A stretch of 64,000 nucleotides of DNA from Squalus acanthias (lineage: Eukaryota): positions 1,800,001-1,864,000 of the forward strand of contig JASTWF010000033.1 in the NCBI GenBank assembly GCA_030390025.1. Reading direction: 5' to 3'. The position numbers and the translations under genes were made by a program. Of this stretch, positions 12,001 through 21,915 are shown piece by piece. Numbering within the stretch: position 1 is the stretch's first letter; every line of letters starts with the position of its first letter. The notes below the pieces were generated by a model. The model made no database searches and was not told the origin of the DNA. It worked only from the letters and a program-made list of their open reading frames with translations.

Positions 12001-15000
12001 TGGGGCCTGGGTCGGTGGATGGTCGGGTGGGGTCCGTGGATGGTCGGGTGGGGCTGGGGTCGGTGGATGGTCGGTTGGGGCCGGGGTCGGTGGATGGTCG
12101 GGTGGGGACGGGGTCGCTGGATGGTCGGGTGGGGCCGGGGTCGGTGGATGGTCGGGTGGGTCGGTGGGTGGTCGGTTGGGGCCGTGGTCGGGGGATGGTC
12201 GGTTGGGGCCGGGGTCGGGGGATGGTCGGGTGGGGTCGGGGTCGGTGGATGGTCGGGTGGGGTTGGTTGATGGTCGTGTGGGGCCGGGGTCGGGGAATGG
12301 TCGGGTGGAGTCGGGTGTCGGTGGATGTTCGGGTGGGGCCGGGGTCGGGTCGGGTGGGGCCGGGGTCGGTGGATGGTCGGGTGGGGCCGGGGTCGGTGGA
12401 TGGTCGGGTGGGGTCGGTGGATGGTCGGGTGGGGCCAGGGTCGGTGGATGGTCGGGTGGGGTCGGTGGATGGTCGGGTGGGGCCGGTGTCGGTGGATGAT
12501 CGGGTGGGGCCGGTGGATACTCGGGTGGGGTCGGGGTCGGTGGATGGTCGGGTGGGGTCGGGTTCGGTGGATGGTCGGGTGGGGTCTTGGTCCGTGGATA
12601 GTCGGGTGGGGCTGGGGTCGGTGGATGGTCGGTTGGGGCCGGGGTCGGTGGATGGTAGGGTGGGGCCGGGGTCGGTGGATGGTCGGGTGGGGACGGGGTC
12701 GCTGGATGGTCGGGTGGGGCCGGGGTCGGTGGATGGTCGGGTGGGTCGGTGGGTGGTCGGTTGTGGCCGGGGTCGGGGGATGGTCGGGTGGGGTCGGGGT
12801 CGGAGGATGGTCGAGTGGGGTCGGTGGGTGTTCGGTTGGGGCCGGGGTGGGGGGATGGTCGGGTGGGGTCGGGGTCGGTGGATGGTCGGGTGGGGTTGGT
12901 TGATGGTCGTGTGGGGCCGGGGTCGGGGGATGGTCGGGTGGAGTCGGGTGTCGGTGGATGTTCGGGTGGGGCCGGGGTCGGGTAGTGTGGGGCCGGGGTC
13001 GGTGGATGGTCGGGTGGGGCCGGGGTCGGTGGATGGTCGGGTGGGGTCGGTGGATGGTCTGGTGGGGCCAGTGTCGGTGGATGGTCGGGTGGTGTCGGTG
13101 GATGGTCGGGTGGGGCCGGGGTCGGTTGATGGTCGGGTGGGGCCGGGGTCGTTGGATGGTCGGGTGGGGCCGTGGTCGGGGGATGGTCGGGTGGGGCCGG
13201 AGGATGGTCGGTTGAGGTCGGTGGATGGTAGGGTGGGGCCGGGGTCGGGGGATGGTTGGGTGGGGCCGGGGATGGTCGGGTGGGGTCGGTGGATGGTAGG
13301 GTGGGGCCGGGGTCGGGGGATGGTTGGGTGGGGCCGGGGGATGGTCGGGTGGGGTCGGTGGATGTTAGGGTGGGGCTGGGGTCGGGGATGGTTGGGTGGG
13401 GCCGGTGTCGGGGATGGTCGGGTAGGGCCGGGGTCGGGGTCGGGGGATGGTCGGGTGGGGCCGGTGTCGGGGGATGGTCGGGTGGGGCCGGGGTCAGTGG
13501 ATGGTCGGGTGAGGTCGGGGGATGGTCGGGTGGGCTGGGGTCGGTGGATGGTCGGGTGGGGTCGGTGGATTGTCGGGTGGGGTCGGTGGATGTTCGGGTG
13601 GGGTCGGGGTCGGTGGATGGTCCGGTGGGGTCGGGGACGGTGGATGGTTGGGTGGGGCCGGGGTCGGGGGATGGTCGGGTGGGGCCGGTGGGTGTTCGGG
13701 TGGGGCCGTGGCCGGGGGATGGTCGGGTGGGGCCGGGTTCGGTGGCGGGTCGGGGCCGGTGGATGGTCAGGTGGGGCCGGGGTCGGTGGATGGTCGGGTG
13801 GGGCCGGGGTCGGGGGATGGTCGGGTGGGGTCGGGGGATGGTCGGGTGGGGCCGGTGTCGGTGGATGGTTGGGTGGGGCCGGGGTCGGGGGATGGTCGGG
13901 TGGGGCCGGTGGGTGTTCGGATGGGGCCGTGGTCGGGGGATTTTCGGGTGGGGCCGGGGTCGGTGGGTGTTCGGGTGGTGCCGGGGTCGGGAGATGGTCG
14001 GGTGGGGCCGGGGTCGGTGGCGGGTCGGGGCCTTTGGATGGTCAGGTGGGACCGGGGTCGGTGGATGGTCGGGTGGGGCCGGGGTCGGGGGATGGTCGGG
14101 TGGGGTCGGGGGATGGTCGGGTGGGGTCGGGGTCGGTGGATGGTCGGGTGGAGCCGGGGTCGGTGGATGGTCGGGGCCGGTGGATGGTTGGGTGGGGCCG
14201 GGGTTGGTGGATGGTCGGGTTGGGCCGGGGTCGGGGGATGGTCGGGTGGGGCCGGGGTCGGGGGATGGTCGGTTGGGGTCGGTGGATGGTCGGGTGGGGC
14301 CGGTGGGTGTTCGGGTGGTGCCGTGGTCGGTGGATGGTCGGGTGGGGCCGGGGTCGGGGGATGGTCGGGTGGGGTCGGGGGATGGTCGGGTGGGGTCGGG
14401 GTCGGTGGATGGTCGGGTGGGGCCGGGGTCGATGGATGGTCGGGGCCGGTGGATGGTTGGGTGGGGCCGGGGTCGGTGGATGGTCGGGTTGGGCCGGGGT
14501 CGGGGGATGGTCGGGTGGGGCCGGGGTCGGGGGATGGTCGTGTGGGGTCGGGGGATGGTCAGGGTGGGGCCGGGGTCGGAGAATGTTCGTGTGGGGCCGG
14601 GGTCGGGGGATTGTCGGGTGGGGCCAGGGTCGGTGGGTGGTCGGGTCGGGGGAGGGGGAGGGTCGGGTGGGGCCGGGGTCGGAGGATGGTCGGGTGGGGT
14701 CGGTGGATGGTCGGGTGGGGTCGGGGTCGGTGGATGGTCGGGTGGGGTCGGGGGATTGTCGGGTGGGGCCGTGGTCGGTGGATGGTCGTGGTCGGTGGAT
14801 GGTCGGGTGGGGCCGGGGTCGGGGGATGGTCGGGTGGGGCCGGGGTCGGGGGATGGTCGGGTGGGGTCGGTGGATGGTCGGGTGGGGTCGGAGGATGGTC
14901 GGGTGGGGCTCGGGTCGGGGGATGGTCAGGTTGGGCCGGGGTCGGGGAATGTTCGGGTGGGGCCGGGGTCGGGGGATTGTCGGGTGGGGCCGTGGTCGGT

Positions 15001-18000
15001 GGATGGTCGGGGTCGGTGGATGGTCGGGTGGGGTCGTGGTCGGTGAATGGTCGGGTGGGGCCGCGGTCGGTGGGTGGTCGGGTCGGGGGAGGGGGAGGGT
15101 CGGGTGGGGCCGGGGTCGGTGGATGGTCGGGTGGGGCCGGGGTCAGTGGATGATCGGGTGGGGACCGGGGTCGGGGGATGGTCTGGTGGGGCCGGGTTCG
15201 GTGGATGGTCATGTGGGGCCGGGGTCGGTGGATGGTCGGGTGGGGCCGTGGTCGGGGGATGGTCAGGTGGGGCCGGGGTCGGAGGATGGTCGGGTGGGGT
15301 CGGGGTCGGGAGATGGTCGGGTGGGGCCGGGGTCGGTGGCGGGTCGGGGCCTTTGGATGGTCAGGTGGGGCCGGGGTCGGTGGATGGTCGGGTGGGGCCG
15401 GGGTCGGGGGATGTTCGGGTGGGGTCGGGGGATGGTCGGGTGGGGTCGGGTTCGGGGGATGGTCGGGTGGAGCCGGGGTCGGTGGATGGTCGGGGCCGGT
15501 GGATGGTTGGGTGGGGCCGGGGTTGGTGGATGGTCGGGTTGGGCCGGGGTCGGGGGATGGTCGGGTGGGGCCGGGGTCGGGGGATGGTCGGGTGGGGTCG
15601 GTGGATGGTCGGGTGGGGCCGGTGGGTGTTCGGGTGGGGCCGTGGTCGGTGGATGGTCGGGTGGGGCCGGGGTCGGGGGATGGTCGGGTGGGGTCGGGGG
15701 ATGGTCGGGTGGGGTCGGGGTCGGTGGATGGTCGGGTGGGGCCGGGGTCGGTGGATGGTCGGGTGGGGTCGGGGGATGGTCGGGTGGGGTCGGAGTCGGT
15801 GGATGGTCGGGTGGGGCCGGGGTCGGTGGATGGTCGGGGCCGGTGGATGGTTGGGTGGGGCCGGGTCGGTGGATGGTCGGGTGGGGCCGGGGTCGGGGGA
15901 TGGTCGGGTGGGGCCGGGGGGATTGTCGGGTGGGGCCGTGGTCGGTGAATGGTCGGGTGGGGCCGGGGTCGGTGGATGGTCGGGTGGGGCCGGGTCGGGG
16001 GTTGGTCTGGTGTGGCCGGGTTCGGTGGATGGTCGGGTCGGGGGAGGGGGACGGTCGGGTGGGGCCGGGGTCGGTGGGTGGTCGGGTCGGGGGAGGGGGA
16101 GGGTCGGGTGGGGGCCGGGGTCGGTGGATGGTCGGGTGGGGCCGGGGTCGGTGGATGATCGGGTGGGGCCGGGGTCGGGGGATGGTCTGGTGGGGCCGGG
16201 TTCGGTGGATGGTCATGTGCGGCCGGGGTCGGTGGATGGTCCGGTGGGGCCGTGGTCGGAGGATGGTCGGGTGGGGTCGGGGTCGGGGGATGGTCGGGTG
16301 GGGCCGTGGTCGGTGGATGGTCTGGGTCGGTGGATGGTCGGGTGGGGTCGTGGTCGGTGGATGGTCGGGTGGGGCCGGGGTCGGGGGATGGTCGGGTGGG
16401 GCCGGGGTCGGGGGATGGTCGGGTGGGGTCGGAGGATGGTCGGGTGGGGTCGGAGGATGGTCGGGTGGGGCTCGGGTCGGGGGATGGTCAGGTGGGTCCG
16501 GGGTCGGGGAATGTTCGGGTGGGGCCGGGGTCGGGGGATTGTCGGGTGGGGCCGTGGTCGGTGGATAGTCGGGGTCGGTGGATGGTCGGGTGGGGTCGCG
16601 GTCGGTGAATGGTCGGGTGGGGCCGGGGTCGGTGGGTGGTCGGGTCGGGGAAGGGGGAGGGTCGGGTGGGGCCGGGGTCGGTGGATGGTCGGGTGGGGCC
16701 GGGGTCGGTGGATGATCGGGTGGGGCCGGGGTCGGGGGATGGTCAGGTGGGGCCGGGGTCGGAGGATGGTCGGGTGGGGTCGGGGTCGGTGGATGGTCGG
16801 GTGGGGTCGGGGGAGGTTCGGGTGGGGCCGGGGTCGGGGGATTGTCGGGTGGGGCCGTGGTCGGTGGATGGTCGGGGTCGGTGGATGGTCGGGTGGGGTC
16901 GTGGTCGGTGAATGGTCGGGTGGGGCCGGGGTCGGTGGGTGGTCGGGTCGGGGGAGGGGGAGGGTCGGGTGGGGCCGGGGTCGGTGGATGGTCGGGTGGG
17001 GCCGGGGGAGGTGGATGGTCGGGTGGGGCCGGGTCGGGGGTTGGTCGGGTGGGGCCGGGTTCGGTGGATGGTCGTGTGGGGCCGGGGTCGGTGGATGGTC
17101 GGGTGGGGCCGTGGTCGGGGGATGTTCAGGTGGGGCCGGGGTTGGAGGATGGTCGGGTGGGGTCGGGGTCGGTGGATGGTCGGGTGGGGTCGGGGGAGTT
17201 TCGGGTGGGGCCGTTGTCGGTGGATGGTCGGGTGGGGTCGGTGGATGGTCGGGTGGGGCCGGGGTCGGTGGATGATCGGGTGGGGTCGGGGTCGGTGGAT
17301 GGTCGGGTGGGGCCGGTGGATGGTCGGGTGGGGCCGGGGTCGGTGGATGGTCGGGTGGGGTCGGTGGATGGTCGGGTGGGGCCGGGGTCGGTGGATTGTC
17401 GGGTGGGGCCGGGGTCGGTGGGTGTTCGGGTGGTTCCGGGGTCGGAGGATGGTCGGGTGGGGCAGGGGTCGGTGGCGGGTCGGGGCCGGTGGATGGTCAG
17501 CTGGGGCCGGGGTCAGTGGATGGTCGGGTGGGGCCGGGGTCGGTGGATGGTCGGGTGGGGTCGGGGCCGGTGGATGATCGGGTGGGGCCGGTGGATGATC
17601 GGGTGGGGTCGGGGTCGGTGGATGGTCGGGTGGGTCGGTGGATGGTCGGGTGGGGTCGGGGCCGGTGGATGAAGTGGTGGGGTCGGTGGATGGTCGGGTG
17701 GGGCTCGGGTCGCGGGATGGTCAGGTGGGGCCGGGGTCGGGGAATGTACGGGTGGGGCCGGGTTCGGTGGATGGTCGTGTGGGGCCGGGGTCGGTGGATG
17801 GTCGGGTGGGGCCGTGGTCGGGGGATGGTCAGGTGGGGCCTGGGTCGGAGGATGGTCGGGTGGGGTCGGGGTCGGTGGATGGTCGGGTGGGGTCGGGGGA
17901 GGTTCGGGTGGGGCCGTTGTCGGTGGATGGTCGGGTGGGGTCGGTGGATGGTCGGGTGGGGCCGTGGTCGGGGGATGGTCAGGTGGGGCCGCGGTCGGAG

Positions 18001-19230
18001 GATGTTCGGGTGGGGTCGGGGTCGGTGGATGGTAGGGTGGGGTCGGGGGAGGTTCGGGTGGGGCCGTTGTCGGTGGATGGTCGGGTGGGGTCGGTGGATG
18101 GTCAGGTGGGAACGGGGTCGGTGGATATTTGGTGGGGTCGGGGTCGGTGGATGGTCGGGTGGGGCCGGTGGATGGTCGGGTGGGGTTGGTGTCGGTGGAT
18201 GGTCGTGTGGGGCCGGGGTCGGTGGATGGTCGTGTGGGGCCGGGGTCGGTGGATGGTCGGGTGGGGTCGGTGGATGGTCGGGTGGGGTCGGTGGATGGTC
18301 CGGTGGGGCCGGGGTCGGTGGATTGTCGGGTGGGGCCGGGGTCGGTGGATGGTCGGGTGGGGTCGGTGGTTAGGTCGGGTGGGGCCGGTGGATGATCGGG
18401 TAGGGTCGGTGGATGGTCGGGTGGGGTCGGGGCCGGTGGATGATCGGGTGGGGCCGGTTGATGATCGGGTGGGGTCGGTGTCGGTGGATGGTCGGGTGGG
18501 GTCGGTGGATGGTCGGGTGGGGTCGGGGCCGGTGGATGATCGGGTGGGGCCGGTGGATGATCGGGTGGTGTCGGGGTCGGTGGATGGTCGGGTGGGTCGG
18601 TGGATGGTCGGGTGGGGTCGGGGCCGGTGGATGAAGTGGTGGTGTCGGTGGATGATCGGGTGGGGCCGGTGGATGATCGGGTGGTGTCGGGGTCGGTTGA
18701 TGGTCGGGTGGGTTCGGGGTCGGGGGATGGTCGGGTGGGGTCGGTGGATGGTCGTGTGGGGCAGGGGTCGGTGGATGGTCAAGTGGGGTCGGTGGATGGT
18801 CGGGTCGGGCCGGGGTCGGTGGATGGTCGGGTGGGGTCGGTGGATGTTCGGGTGGGGTCGGGGTTGGTGGATGGTCGGGTGGGGCTGGGGTCGGTGAATG
18901 GTCGGGTGGGGCCGGGGTCAGTGGATGGTCGGGTGGGGCCGGGGTCGGTGGATGGTCGGGTGGGGCCGGGGTCGGTGGATGGTCGTGTTGGGCCGGGGGA
19001 TGGTCGGGTGGCGCCGGGGTCGGGGGATGGTCGGGTGGGGCCGGGGTCGGTGGATGGTCGGGTGGGGCCGGGGTCGGTGGATGGTCGGGTGGGGCCGGGG
19101 TCGGTGGATGTTCGGGTGGGTCAGTGGATGGTCGGGTGGGGCCGGGGATGGTCGGGTGGGGACGGGGTCGGTGGATGGTCGGGTGGGGCCTGGGGATGGT
19201 CGGGTGGGGTCGGTGGATGTTCGGGCCGGG
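1..19230. repeat. G-rich compound minisatellite/satellite array (interleaved 21-bp GGGTCGGTGGATGGTCGGGTG and 27-bp GGGCCGGGGTCGGTGGATGGTCGGGTG units); runs off the left edge
   Basis: Continuous repetition, with 7- and 9-codon periodicity (GSVDGRV / GPGSVDGRV) in the ORF track. Strong G-strand bias and many CpGs. Confidence 0.97.
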
Positions 19231-19245
19231 CTGCGGTCGGTTTAC

Positions 19246-19347
19246 CTGAATTGACTCCCCCGCCGCTACGTGTTGGGTCTGCTCAGCGCTGACAGACCCG
19301 ACATTTGGGAAAGGCACGTGGCCCCGACCCGCTGGGGAAAAATCCAT
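19246..19347 (-). CDS. Candidate short coding exon of an unidentified gene (MDFSPAGRGHVPFPNVGSVSAEQTQHVAAGESIQ)
   Basis: ATG at 19347, 34 open codons, then a phase-0 donor CAG|GTAAAC (GT at 19245-19244) about 15 bp before the G-rich array. Unique, CpG-containing sequence. The peptide is not recognised. Confidence 0.35.
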
Positions 19348-19555
19348 CCACTGATCGCTCCCGCTGACCCCTGCGAAACTCCCCCCTCACTGGGAATGTA
19401 TCTCATTCTGTCCAACTGCCCATATATTCAGGGACTGTCTGTAAATGTATTTATTAAATAAAGTGCTGTCCCTGATGATCAGAATTACCCTCCTGGAGTC
19501 AGTGACCGGCTCCGTCATGTTTGGAGAATCTTGTCTCATTTCTGCTGCTCCTTAA

Positions 19556-19593
19556 TTCCCGGATTTTCTGGGAATGAGGCGATTTTCCCGGAA
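19556..19593. promoter_or_regulatory. Cluster of GAS (STAT-binding) motifs
   Basis: TTCTGGGAA (19566-19574) and TTCCCGGAA (19585-19593) match TTCN3GAA exactly; TTCCCGGAT (19556-19564) has one mismatch. Function not shown. Confidence 0.4.
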
Positions 19594-19744
19594 TTAAATG
19601 ATAAAGCGGTGATTCCCTGTACTTTATACTCTGTGCATTATATTAATCTGTATAATATCTCGGGGTGAGTTATATTGTGAAACGCTAACTGCTGCTGTAA
19701 AATCAGTCCCCCAGGATTTTATATAACACGGAGAATTTATTCTG

Positions 19745-21045
19745 AAATAAAAACTGGAAATGCTGGAAATACCCAGCAGGTCAGGCAGCATCGATAGAGA
19801 GAGAAACAGAGTTAATGTTTCAGGTCGAGGACCCTTGGTCAGAACTGGAAAAAGTTACAGATGTAACAGATTATTCAGCAAGTGTCGGGGCCGGGAAAGG
19901 TGGGGGGAGCGGAGGAAAGAACAAAAGGGAAGGTCTGTGATAGGGTGGAAGACAGGAGAGGTTAAAAGACAAAAGGGATGATGGTGCAGCAAAAGGAGAT
20001 GGTAATGGGACAAGTTAAAAATCAAAAGATGAATCTAGATGAGGTGTGAATGGCAATGGCAGAATCATCAACAGCTGTCATGCGAGAGAGAAAAAGGGAA
20101 AAGGAAAAACAATGAAAAAAATAAAATAGCGGCCGAGTTTATAGTCTGAAATTGTTGAAGTCGATGTTGAGTCCAGAAGTCTGTAAAGTGCCTAATTGAA
20201 AGATGAGGTCTGTTCCTCGATCTTATGTTGTACTTTGTTGGAAGAGTGTAAGAGGCCGAGAATGGAGAGGTCAGAGTGGGAGTGGAGCGGAGAATTAAAG
20301 CGATAGGCGACCAGAAGCTCGGGGTCACACTTATGGACTGAGCGGAGGTGTTCCGCAAAGCGGCCACCCAATCTGCGTTTGGTCTCCCCAATGTAGAGGA
20401 GACCGCATCGTGAGCAGCGAATACAGTATACTAAATTGCAAGAAGTACAAGTAAATCGCTGTTTTACCTGGAAGGAGTGTGTGGGGCGACAGTGGGAAGG
20501 GAAGAGGTAAAAGGGCAGGTGTTGCATCTCCTGTGCTTGCATGGGAAGGTGCAGTGGGAAGGAGAAGGGGAAGGGTGTTGGGGGTGATTGAGGAGTGGAC
20601 CAGGGTGTCGCGGAGGGAACGATCCCTTCATGGTGCTGAAAGGGGAGGTGAGGAGAAGATGTGTTTGGTGGTGGCATCACGCTGGAGGTGGCGGAAATGG
20701 CGGAGGATGATCCGTTGAATGTGAAGGCTGGTGGGGTGAAAGGTGAGGACAAGGGGAACCCTATCGTGGTTCCGGGTGGAAGGGGAAGGGATGAGGGCAG
20801 AAGTGCGGGAAATAGAACAAACACGGTCAAGAGCCGTGTCAACCATGGTAGCGGGGAATCCTCGGTTGAGGAACAAGGAAGACATGTCGGAAGCACGAGT
20901 ATGGAACGTGGCATCGTCAGAGCAGATGCGGCAGTGACGGAGAAACTGGGAGATTGGACCAGCGTCCTTACACGAAGCGAGGTGGGAGGAAGTGCATTCA
21001 AGGTAGCTGTGGGAGTCAGAGGGCTTATAGTGAATGTTTGTCAAT
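19745..21045 (-). mobile_element. 5'-truncated, degenerate Penelope-like retroelement (Neptune-like): RT C-terminus, Cys-rich linker, GIY-YIG endonuclease and 3' terminal repeat
   Basis: Frameshifted peptides IHYKPSDSHSYL..SQFLRHCRICSDD..RVPLVLTFHP and FTCTSCNLVYCIRCSRCGLLYIGETKRRLGGRFAEH (VY-YIG motif with the Arg-containing motif). Typical terminal tract at 19745-19850. Confidence 0.92.
19810..19846 (-). ncRNA. Decayed minimal type I hammerhead ribozyme in the Penelope terminal repeat
   Basis: Minus strand reads AGTT-CTGACCA-AGGGTCCTCGACCT-GAAACATT-AACT. Stem I is AGTT/AACT and stem II is GGGTC/GACCT. The core has CUGANGA changed to CUGACCA and the palindromic ACGU changed to ACAU. Confidence 0.7.
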
Positions 21046-21217
21046 AACAGCAATATAGTTTATTCTGTCCCGTTACAAGTTTCAAATGTCCCTGTGCTCC
21101 TAGTTTATAGGGGAGGGGAGTCTCTCACTTTATTCCCATTAAACTGGCTCTAAATTTATTTCAGGTGTAACTGGCCCGACAGTTTTTGGGGAATTTTCGG
21201 AAGTTCCCTCCCCGAGC

Positions 21218-21297
21218 GGGGCCTCACACACAGGGGGTGGATTATGGGTTCACTGCCCCCGGTTTACCCAGGAGCCGCCCGCTGTGTGCGAGGCCCC
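21218..21297. repeat. Imperfect inverted repeat / ~80-nt hairpin
   Basis: Arms 21218-21240 and 21275-21297 match at 20/23 as reverse complements; an inner TGGGT/ACCCA pair is also possible. Confidence 0.7.
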
Positions 21298-21915
21298 ACT
21301 GCTGGCCGGTGTGTGTCTGTACTCCGTTTAGATTGGAACCTTTTCACCGGCAGGTTTAAGATCCTGAATAGCAATCTTTACTCAATCTTCAGGACTGTGA
21401 TAATTGTAAACATTTACAGCTGAAAGAATTCCCGATTCCCCAATATTCCCAATCCAGGAAACTACCCCCTCGACAGGACACACCCTGCACGTTATTGAAG
21501 TAAATATTGAACTGTTAGTGATTTAAACTCAGGTTTCTCTCCTGTTTCTAGTTGAAATGGTGGATGTGGAAAATATTTTAAATTAATTTTATCTTTACTG
21601 CCGGATTATATTTTATGTTTACATTCTGCTGTCCAGCCTTATTAAATATGATTTATTGTAATTAAATTATCAGACTCTCAGTGAGCTGTATTTGCTGATC
21701 CGATAAAGACTGTAAAATCCCGACTTGTTCACAAGGATCCATTTTAGATTCTCCAGTCCTTAGGGAATTACTGACCGATCCTCTTATTATTGGACATATT
21801 GGTGTTGAATCTGCTTCTCTCTGGTTTAACTGAACTGTTTCCCTACATTACGGAGCAACACAATCCGTGACTGTTCTGCAATTCACCCAACAGTTAGAGA
21901 CAAATAAACAGTTAC

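Noticed and set aside
1..19230. Giant Gly/Arg/Trp-rich or Pro-rich ORFs (up to 1732 aa), superficially collagen- or extensin-like
   Set aside because: All three frames are open because the repeat lacks stops, frames swap at G-run indels, and no Gly-X-Y register is maintained.
1..19230. Telomeric repeat or prokaryotic high-GC DNA
   Set aside because: No TTAGGG array, and the flanks are vertebrate retroelements and a spliced exon.
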